Assembly (NCBI GenBank): GCA_947447815.1
Contig: CANFLJ010000001.1
Coordinates: 1 to 30,315, forward strand
From: Chitinophagaceae bacterium
GTDB taxonomy: Bacteria; Bacteroidota; Bacteroidia; Chitinophagales; Chitinophagaceae
DNA length: 30,315 bases
Reading direction: 5' to 3'
This document shows positions 9,517 to 16,601 of this stretch, piece by piece. Each line of letters opens with the position of its first letter. The first letter of the stretch is position 1. Below the pieces are notes generated by a model. That model was not told the origin of the DNA and searched no databases. It saw nothing but the letters and a program-made list of their open reading frames with translations. A program made the position numbers and the translations under genes.

Positions 9517-10478
9517 ATTTTGAAAATTTTCTCTCTATGCCAATTCAAATTCTCCATTAAAGGATAGTGTTCCTTTTGTTTTGGCAATCTAATTATTTTA
9601 CCTTCAAACTTTTTAAACCCATAATCGCTATCTACTTCTTGGAAAACAGCAGATAGTTTTACTCTATACTCTTTATCAATAGTTATTAATCCTCTATCAA
9701 ACGCTCTATGTAAATTTGGGCATAATGCTATCCCATTAGTAATAGTATCATTATAGCTTTCACTAAATGGTACAATATGGCAAGCATCCACCATAGAAAC
9801 ATTTATCAATGCATTTATCTTCAATCCCGATATACAACAAGTATTATCATATATCTTAGGTATCTCACGTTTAAACAAACTTCCTCTAATAAATATTTCC
9901 TCTTCATTCTGGTTTTCTACAAGAGTCTTTATCTCTTTCTTATATACCACAGCATCCTCTTTCATTATCTTACTGCCCAGCTCATCAAATAGTTTTAGCT
10001 GTCCTTCCAATGATTTTCCATAATTAGCTTTGGTAAGCGGAAAGTACGCATCCAACAAACAGTGTTGCAAAAAGTTATTACTTTCTTTAACCATCATTAA
10101 AGTGTATAAGTCTTCTGCTATCTCAGCATACTCTACAGCAGCATTAAGATTATTAAATGTCTTCATGATAGAACCCATCAAGTTTATATTCTCAAATCCG
10201 CTTTTGGCTACAAGTTTCCAAAATGTACTACTCTTTAAATAATAAAAAGGGTAAGAAATTCTACAGTCATGGTTAGTGGTAACTAACAAATTCCAGTTAG
10301 TACTAAAAGCTGCAACTAACTCCGGTGTAATATAAATTCTAGGTCTATGAATCTGTCCGTTTTCAAAAGACTGTAATACAGAAAGTAATAAGATTGGTTT
10401 ATGTGGTGCAGGGTCACCATGTGTTTTATCAATTCTTAGTTTCTTAAATGAGTTTATATATTTCTGTAGCACTTTCAA
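9513..10478 (-). CDS. HNH endonuclease with N-terminal SBD-like domain (putative modification-dependent restriction enzyme)
   Basis: 321 aa. C-terminal CCISG...DACHIVPF...NGIALCPNLHRAFDRG (HNH_2 type). N-terminal APHKPILLLSVL and ISYPFYYL. Confidence 0.85.
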   Translation of the reverse strand: MKVLQKYINSFKKLRIDKTHGDPAPHKPILLLSVLQSFENGQIHRPRIYITPELVAAFSTNWNLLVTTNHDCRISYPFYYLKSSTFWKLVAKSGFENINLMGSIMKTFNNLNAAVEYAEIAEDLYTLMMVKESNNFLQHCLLDAYFPLTKANYGKSLEGQLKLFDELGSKIMKEDAVVYKKEIKTLVENQNEEEIFIRGSLFKREIPKIYDNTCCISGLKINALINVSMVDACHIVPFSESYNDTITNGIALCPNLHRAFDRGLITIDKEYRVKLSAVFQEVDSDYGFKKFEGKIIRLPKQKEHYPLMENLNWHREKIFKI

Positions 10479-10573
10479 GCTAAATAGTCGGTTTTAGAGC
10501 ACCAATATAATAACTTTTTACTTGTGTCTATTGAATCAAACTAACTTACTACACAAATACACCCACTTGGTAT

Positions 10574-10581
10574 TAAATTTG
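10574..10581 (+). promoter_or_regulatory. Bacteroidota -7 element upstream of the small ORF
   Basis: TAAATTTG matches TAnnTTTG and ends 25 nt before the ATG at 10607. No clear -33 element. Confidence 0.4.
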
Positions 10582-10606
10582 TAACATCCATTCAAAACAA
10601 ACCACA

Positions 10607-10762
10607 ATGACAAAAGAGCAATTAAAAATCATGGAATTATACGCAGAGGCCCTCAAAGCCGAAGGCATCCTTTCTGGCTCGTCTAAATACATAAACCCTA
10701 TACGAAAACTAAAAGACAAACCAAAAACCACCACCCCAAAACCCCCAAAAGAAAAAAACTAA
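10607..10762 (+). CDS. Small basic protein, 51 aa (not in the ORF track)
   Basis: MTKEQLKIMELYAEALKAEGILSGSSKYINPIRKLKDKPKTTTPKPPKEKN*. A-rich leader and -7 element upstream; divergent from the HNH gene. Confidence 0.5.
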   Translation: MTKEQLKIMELYAEALKAEGILSGSSKYINPIRKLKDKPKTTTPKPPKEKN

Positions 10763-10815
10763 TCTGCACAACCAAACCCATTAACAGCAACCATATTAGC
10801 CAAAGGCATAAAACC

Positions 10816-10876
10816 TGTATCCTGTATTTGTATTCATTATCAAATTTTCAAATCATCAAATTATCACATTGGTATT
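10816..10876 (-). repeat. AATACA/TGTATT-delimited modular repeat cluster D
   Basis: tgtatcc-tgtatt-tgtatt-cattatcaaattttcaaatcatcaaattatcacatt-ggtatt. Confidence 0.85.
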
Positions 10877-10879
10877 CCT

Positions 10880-11018
10880 CTCGTTGTCACCCGTTCATAC
10901 ACAAGCCACATCAGTCGGTATGGTTTTGGCGTTAGCCAAAATGTTGAGCCCACTTTAGTGGGTGAGACAAATAGCGAGTGCAGTGGTGGTGTATGAACAA
11001 AAGCCAGCCGGCTATGAG
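10880..11018 (+). repeat. About 140-bp structured dispersed element, copy 1 (MITE/REPIN-like)
   Basis: Outer arms GTTCATACAC (10893-10902) and GTGTATGAAC (10989-10998). Inner hairpins TTTTGGC/GCCAAAA and CCCACT/AGTGGG. Inverted near-copy at 19799-19934. Confidence 0.85.
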
Positions 11019-11039
11019 GCAATTCTTCGCATAGATTAT

Positions 11040-11080
11040 CTATAAAGAAAAAGGCAAGTTCGACCCCGTTGGGGTCGTAG
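11040..11080. repeat. REP-like CGACCCC palindrome with flank, inverted relative to 2258-2298
   Basis: tctataaagaaaaaggcaagttCGACCCCGTTGGGGTCGt is close to the reverse complement of acgaccccaacggtgtcgaacttgctttttcttttataga. Confidence 0.8.
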
Positions 11081-11096
11081 GGGATCACCTGTTTGT

Positions 11097-11328
11097 TGTA
11101 TTTAAATACATTATCACATTTGTATTTTTAGTTTTTCTTTTTTTAGTCTTTAGTTTTTGAATTTGAATTCTTTTTACTTTTTATTTTTTACTTTGAAATG
11201 CATTCATTATCAAATTGCCTTGTATTCATTTTTAATTCTTAATTTTTAATTTGTATTGCTGTTCCTGTATTCATTATCAAATTTTCAAATCATCAAATTA
11301 TCACATTTGTATTTGCATTCTCCTTGTA
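11097..11328 (-). repeat. AATACA/TGTATT-delimited modular repeat cluster E
   Basis: Six TGTATT delimiters separating an 8-mer block, gctgttcc, catttttaattcttaatttttaatt and T-rich 7-mer blocks. Confidence 0.9.
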
Positions 11329-11329
11329 T

Positions 11330-11352
11330 AAAAAAAGGCAGACATCTCTGCC
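11330..11352 (-). terminator. Intrinsic terminator downstream of 11381-12310
   Basis: Minus strand GGCAGA-GATG-TCTGCC followed by a T run. Confidence 0.7.
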
Positions 11353-11380
11353 CACCTTTTTACTTTTGTTTCGTTACTTT

Positions 11381-12310
11381 TTACTTTGGAACAACCTTCG
11401 ACATCCCAATCACAAACTCATTAGGGTCATTCTTTTTAAATACTATATTCATAGTAGAATCTAAAAATCCAGGAGCAACTACTGTCAATACCGCCTTGCC
11501 CAGTATATGAGTAGTAAATTCTTTAATCCCAAGTTCATCCAGCTTAAATACCTTAGTTATTACCTTCTTTTTCTTAGTCGTAGTTCTCACTTCAGTTATC
11601 ACTGCATTCCCAATAGGTTCTCCGGTACTGGCGTTCACTACCGAATAACTACCTACATTATGCCTCTTACCCAATTGGATGGTCTTACCCAATAATCTCG
11701 CCTTATCTGCCAGTGTAGGATTGGAGTCTTTATACTCCCCTACCACAAGTTTAATCATTAGTTTCTTAATCTTCTTACCTTCATTAACCGACAAAGTCAA
11801 TAGATCTGTTCCTTCCGATTTTTTTGTCACTTCCTCGGTTCTCGGAACATTTTTATGTACTCTGTACAAATTTATCTTAGTATTAATATCTGTAATATCT
11901 GTAGCATCTATATTGGTAATGATCAGTTTATTAGTTACCAGAAGAGCCACTGCAGCATCTAGTTTTTGTAAACAGGTCTCTTTATTATTAGCATAAAAAT
12001 AAGTAAATGGCTTTTCCAGCTTTTTCTGAAGTGCTTTGTCTTTTGCCGAAATAGCCTTTGTTGTGGCTCTCACAAACAATTTAACAATAGTATTTACCGC
12101 CGTTGTCAGAAGCTCATCTACGGTTCCTGCATTCTCATCTGCAATACTTCCCTGCGCTTTTATAGCACCATCAGTTACCAGCAAACTAGCCGTCAGCAAA
12201 TCCGATTGATCCTTATACTCCTTTATCTCCAGCAAAACTTCAGGATTATTAATTTCTAACATTTTCACTTGTCTTTGACTTTCAATTTCTTCAGCTTGTA
12301 ATAGTTTCAT
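11381..12310 (-). CDS. Hypothetical cytoplasmic protein: helical N-terminal region plus beta-sandwich-like C-terminal domain
   Basis: 309 aa, no signal peptide. VVNASTGEPIGNAVI resembles the start of carboxypeptidase-regulatory-like domains. Terminator follows. Confidence 0.8.
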   Translation of the reverse strand: MKLLQAEEIESQRQVKMLEINNPEVLLEIKEYKDQSDLLTASLLVTDGAIKAQGSIADENAGTVDELLTTAVNTIVKLFVRATTKAISAKDKALQKKLEKPFTYFYANNKETCLQKLDAAVALLVTNKLIITNIDATDITDINTKINLYRVHKNVPRTEEVTKKSEGTDLLTLSVNEGKKIKKLMIKLVVGEYKDSNPTLADKARLLGKTIQLGKRHNVGSYSVVNASTGEPIGNAVITEVRTTTKKKKVITKVFKLDELGIKEFTTHILGKAVLTVVAPGFLDSTMNIVFKKNDPNEFVIGMSKVVPK

Positions 12311-12438
12311 GATCTTCCTTTTTAATATGTTTAATATATTTTCTTTATTTATTTACTGGCAATTGCCTTTATAATGTGTACTGAACACTAATTTTTTCAA
12401 TTTTCATCGTCCATTTTCATCCTTCAGCTCATTTTTTC

Positions 12439-12669
12439 AATCCTCATGCTTCTTTTACCAATCCTCACGCATCTTTTACTAATCCTCACTCATCTTTTTT
12501 CAATCCTCACTCATCTTTTACCAATCCTCGCTCATCTTTTACTAATCCTCACTCATCTTTTATTAATCCTCACTCATCTTTTATTAATCCTCACTCATCT
12601 TTTTTCAATCCTCACTCATCTTTTACTAATCCTCGCTCATCTTTTACTAATCCTCACTCATCTTTTAAA
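12439..12669. repeat. Tandem array, 11 x 21 bp, consensus AATCCTCACTCATCTTTTACT
   Basis: Units start at 12439, 12460, 12481, 12502, 12523, 12544, 12565, 12586, 12607, 12628 and 12649, with no spacers. Confidence 0.97.
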
Positions 12670-12764
12670 AATATCTCCATTATTATTTTTTCTACCGCTT
12701 AATAAAGAACTTTTACGATCCAGAGAATCTGCTTTTCTAAAGCCACTTTCCTTTTTTCGTTTTA

Positions 12765-12772
12765 CAAAACTA
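12765..12772 (-). promoter_or_regulatory. Candidate -7 element reading through the array towards the 309-aa gene
   Basis: Minus strand TAGTTTTG matches TAnnTTTG. No clear -33 element. Confidence 0.3.
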
Positions 12773-12917
12773 CCCCTACACATAAAGCTAAAACTATGAA
12801 GGTTATATGTTTTCAAATTAGGACACATCATTCAATACCCCTTTTTTATAAGAAATAAAAGTGGTCATCCCATTAATGGTATACACATGTATTAATTTTT
12901 AATTGACCTTATGTCCT

Positions 12918-13044
12918 TGTATTACTCTTTGCCTTCGCAACCTTGCCTTGTATTTGTATTCTTTTTACTTTTTGTTTTTTACTTATTACTTTGAAATGTA
13001 TTCAGTATCAAATTATCACATTATCAAATTAGCAAATTGGTATT
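12918..13044 (-). repeat. AATACA/TGTATT-delimited modular repeat cluster F
   Basis: tgtatt-actctttgccttcgcaaccttgcct-tgtatt-tgtatt-ctttttactttttgttttttacttattact...-tgtatt-cagtatcaaattatcacattatcaaattagcaaatt-ggtatt. Confidence 0.85.
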
Positions 13045-13087
13045 CACTACCTTTATGCTTTATCAGCTCTTTAAAAAACAGTTGTAT

Positions 13088-13747
13088 ATGAACAAGCCAA
13101 TTACTATTTGTATAATAGATCATCTAGCCCTTATTTCTAAAGCTTACCCTTTACTACTACAGGAATATGCAGAGTTTAATGTCCTCATTGCAGGAGGTAC
13201 AATGGCCGAAGTAAAAACCTATATAGTACAGCATAGCCATATACCAGAAGTATTTCTCATAGATATCCAATTGGTTAAAAATAATAGCACCAACATCGTA
13301 AGATGGTTGCACGATACTTATCCCGAATCTAAATTGATAGCCATTAGCGATAGTTTAAAGCATGCCAAAATTCATGCTATGCTCATCGCAGGTTGTGTAG
13401 CTTTCTTTGGAATGAATATTCAGGTATCACAATTATATCAGGGTATTTGCGATGTTTCCAACGATTGTTTCCATAGCAAATTAGAAGAGTTTATCGATAA
13501 AGATTCTTTCCTGATGGCAAAAAAATACAATGGTTATCCCGTAGTGGAATTTAATACAGTAGAGCTAGATATGGTAGAATATTTATGTACAGAACTAACG
13601 TATAAAGAAATAGAAGTCAAAATGAATTTCAAACATGGAAATGCTAATTATTATGCCGATAAGATATATCAGAAACTAGGCATTCATTCCAGAAACGAAT
13701 TGATTAAAATTGCTTTGCATCATGGATTAATTGATGAGTTAGTTTAA
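13088..13747 (+). CDS. Atypical NarL/FixJ-family response regulator (REC + LuxR HTH)
   Basis: ATG at 13088 preferred over the TTG at 13037, which lies in repeat F. ITICIIDH, PEVFLIDIQL; HTH LCTELTYKEIEVKM...IYQKLGIHSRNEL. Confidence 0.85.
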   Translation: MNKPITICIIDHLALISKAYPLLLQEYAEFNVLIAGGTMAEVKTYIVQHSHIPEVFLIDIQLVKNNSTNIVRWLHDTYPESKLIAISDSLKHAKIHAMLIAGCVAFFGMNIQVSQLYQGICDVSNDCFHSKLEEFIDKDSFLMAKKYNGYPVVEFNTVELDMVEYLCTELTYKEIEVKMNFKHGNANYYADKIYQKLGIHSRNELIKIALHHGLIDELV

Positions 13748-13837
13748 AGTTAATACAATACGGAGGCTTACGATGGAGACGAATACATACTTTTGTGTGC
13801 CGGCTGATACCGGATAAACAATTATAATACTATCGTT

Positions 13838-16315
13838 TTGTTGTATACCATTCCCGAAATAGCTAAGATTATAAATGCGGAAATGCGCAGTGGCAGCCAT
13901 GCCGCGGGCAGCATACCCAGCATCAAAATAGATCATCTGCTGACCGATAGCCGCAAAATAGTACTTCCAAAGTCTTCCTTGTTCTTTGCGCTGAAAAGCA
14001 GCCGCAGAAGCGGCGAGGACTTTATAGCCGAAGTATACGAAAGAAGGGTAAGGCATTTTGTGGTGGAAAGAGATTTTGATTGCAGTCCTTTTCCGGAGGC
14101 CATCTTTCTGCTGGTAGATAATGTGCTGGAGGCCCTGCAGGACCTGGCGAGCCATCACCGTGCCTGCTTTGATTATCCGGTAATAGGTATTACGGGTAGT
14201 AATGGTAAAACCATTGTAAAAGAATGGCTGAACGAACTTCTGGAAGACGATTATAAGATAGTGCGTAGTCCGCGGAGCTACAACTCGCAGATTGGGGTGC
14301 CGCTGAGTGTATGGGAGATGAACCATCATCATACCCTGGCGATATTTGAGGCGGGAATATCCACCGTGAACGAGATGGCTACCCTACAATCGGTAATACG
14401 CCCTGGTATTGGCATACTGACCAATATAGGATCGGCACATGACGAGGGTTTTAAAGATACTAAAGAGAAACTGAAAGAGAAGATTAAACTATTTAGTGAG
14501 GCGGAATATGTGGTGGCGGAATATGGGCTGATACCGAAGGATGCGCTGAAGGCTAAGCAACTTACCTGGAGCTTTATAAATGAGGGTGCCGACCTGTTTA
14601 TAGCGGGCATAGAAAAACATGCTGCTAAAACAACGCTGGAGATACGCTATCAGGAACATCCATTTAAACTAACTATACCATTTACCGATAGTGCCTCTAT
14701 CAGCAATGCGGTAACCTGCATAACGCTGATGCTGCTACTGGGTATTGACTTTGCTACGATAGAATCGAGATTGCAATTGCTGAAGGGGGTAGAAATGCGT
14801 TTGCAACTGAAAACGGGGGTGAACAACTGCTTTCTGATAAATGATAGTTACAGCAACGATATATCCTCGCTGAGCATAGCGCTGGACTACCTGAAACAGC
14901 AATCGGGCAAGAATAAAACGACGGTGATACTCTCGGATATATTTCAGTCGGGGGTGGATGATATGGCCCTATACAAGCAGGTAGCGGAAGCCCTTGCGGA
15001 AAGGGGCATTGACCGACTGGTGGCCGTGGGTAAACATATCAATAAGGCGCTGTACCTTTTTCAGGCTGCGGTGGCTAAGGTGGAACTATACTCATCGACC
15101 GAGAACTTTCTGCGTCAGACTACTACCCACCACTTTAAGGATGAATACATATTGCTGAAGGGTGCGAGGGTTTTTGAGTTTGAAAGGATTGCGAATAAGC
15201 TGAGTCAGAAAGTACATCAGACGGTGCTGGAGATAAACCTGTCGGCACTGGTAAAGAACCTGAAAATATACCAGCAACACCTGTTGCCTTCTACCAAGCT
15301 GATGGCGATGGTAAAGGCCTATGGCTACGGTAGCGGCAGCGCGGAAGTGGCGAGGGTATTGCAATATCATAAAGTAGATTATCTGGCGGTGGCCTATGCG
15401 GATGAAGGAGTGGAGCTGCGTAAGGCGGGCATTAGTCTACCCATCATGGTGATGAATGCAGATGAAGAGGCCTTTGATGCGATGGTGGAAAATAACCTGG
15501 AGCCGGAGATCTATTCATTTAATATCTACAATGCTTTTCATGCTTACCTGGTAAGACAGGGGATCAAGCAACATCCTATTCATATAAAGATTAATACGGG
15601 CATGAACCGCCTGGGCTTTGAGCATCTGGATGCAGTGGAGCTGGGTAAACTTTTGATAGAAAGAAAGACGATGGTGGTGCAATCGGCGTTCAGTCACCTT
15701 GCTGCCAGCGAGGATGATGGCATGGATGAATTTACTGCTCATCAGACTTATCTGTTTGATGGTTTCTGTGGCACCTTGAAAAACATTATAGGCTATGGGT
15801 TTATAAAGCATGTGGCCAACTCGGCGGCTATCTTCCGTCACCCCGGCTACCAGTATAATATGGTGCGTCTGGGCATTGGACTATATGGTGTAGACTCGGC
15901 ATCGCTACCGGGTATCCGTCTGGAGAATGTGGCATCGCTGAAGACGACCATTGCTCAGATAAGGACTATCAGTGCGGGCGAAACAGTGGGCTACAACCGT
16001 AGGGGCACCGTGGAAAGAACCAGTAGAATTGCTACCATCCGTATTGGCTACGCCGACGGTTATAGCAGGCGAATGGGTAATGGCGCTGGGTTTGTGTATG
16101 TACGCAACAGAAGAGTACCGGTAATAGGGAATGTATGTATGGATATGACGATGATAGATGTAACGGATATTCCGGATATAGCGGAGGGTGATGTGGTGGA
16201 AGTATTTGGCCCGAACATTCCGGTAGAGGAGATAGCGCTGGAATGTGATACGATTGCCTACGAGATACTTACGGGGATTAGCCAGCGGGTGAAGCGGGTT
16301 TATATTGAGGAGTAG
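13838..16315 (+). CDS. murF-alr: Bifunctional UDP-MurNAc-tripeptide:D-Ala-D-Ala ligase / alanine racemase
   Basis: 825 aa. Mur ligase GITGSNGKT and INDSYS; Alr MVKAYGYGSG (PLP Lys), HIKINTGMNRLG, VGYNR, GNVCMDM. TACTTTTG at 13788-13795. Confidence 0.95.
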   Translation: MLYTIPEIAKIINAEMRSGSHAAGSIPSIKIDHLLTDSRKIVLPKSSLFFALKSSRRSGEDFIAEVYERRVRHFVVERDFDCSPFPEAIFLLVDNVLEALQDLASHHRACFDYPVIGITGSNGKTIVKEWLNELLEDDYKIVRSPRSYNSQIGVPLSVWEMNHHHTLAIFEAGISTVNEMATLQSVIRPGIGILTNIGSAHDEGFKDTKEKLKEKIKLFSEAEYVVAEYGLIPKDALKAKQLTWSFINEGADLFIAGIEKHAAKTTLEIRYQEHPFKLTIPFTDSASISNAVTCITLMLLLGIDFATIESRLQLLKGVEMRLQLKTGVNNCFLINDSYSNDISSLSIALDYLKQQSGKNKTTVILSDIFQSGVDDMALYKQVAEALAERGIDRLVAVGKHINKALYLFQAAVAKVELYSSTENFLRQTTTHHFKDEYILLKGARVFEFERIANKLSQKVHQTVLEINLSALVKNLKIYQQHLLPSTKLMAMVKAYGYGSGSAEVARVLQYHKVDYLAVAYADEGVELRKAGISLPIMVMNADEEAFDAMVENNLEPEIYSFNIYNAFHAYLVRQGIKQHPIHIKINTGMNRLGFEHLDAVELGKLLIERKTMVVQSAFSHLAASEDDGMDEFTAHQTYLFDGFCGTLKNIIGYGFIKHVANSAAIFRHPGYQYNMVRLGIGLYGVDSASLPGIRLENVASLKTTIAQIRTISAGETVGYNRRGTVERTSRIATIRIGYADGYSRRMGNGAGFVYVRNRRVPVIGNVCMDMTMIDVTDIPDIAEGDVVEVFGPNIPVEEIALECDTIAYEILTGISQRVKRVYIEE

Positions 16316-16317
16316 GT

Positions 16318-16540
16318 TAATGTGATAATTTGATGATTTGAAAATTTGATAATGAATACAAATACAGGGCAAAGAGGCAAGGAGTAATACAAGGAACAAA
16401 GGCAACGAGGCACATAGGTATACAGGAACAGCCAATACAAATTAAAAATTAAGAATTAAAAATAGAATACAAATACACGGTACAAAGGTTTGGGTTAATA
16501 CTGGCTTTTTTTTACTTTTTGTTTTTTACTTTTTACTTTA
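16318..16540 (+). repeat. AATACA-delimited modular repeat cluster G
   Basis: 8-mer block-aataca-aataca-gggcaaagaggcaaggagt-aataca-...-ggaacagcc-aataca-aattaaaaattaagaattaaaaatag-aataca-aataca; starts right after the alr stop. Confidence 0.9.
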
Positions 16541-16601
16541 TTAAACTACTTTGTTTGGGTATGGCTTTCTTTTTAAATCAACTTTTTCATACTACTTATA
16601 T

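Noticed and set aside
808-10242. ORFs 808-1011, 1659-1886, 4166-4348, 5740-5943, 9777-9992, 10030-10242
   Set aside because: Antisense to well-supported genes and without motifs.
12439-12669. 21-bp array as a CRISPR array
   Set aside because: Units are contiguous with no unique spacers, and no cas genes are present.
12446-12799. 117-aa ORF of LLILTHL heptads
   Set aside because: It is a direct translation of the DNA repeat; the NPHSSFT frame is also open across the array, so openness is uninformative. Not fully excluded.
10864-13091. Short ORFs 10864-11088, 11256-11510, 11507-11695, 11679-11996, 12903-13091
   Set aside because: They are repeat-derived or antisense to the 309-aa gene.
16318-16540. 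AATACA arrays as mini-CRISPRs
   Set aside because: The delimiter is only 6 bp and the intervening blocks recur and are low-complexity, unlike acquired spacers.
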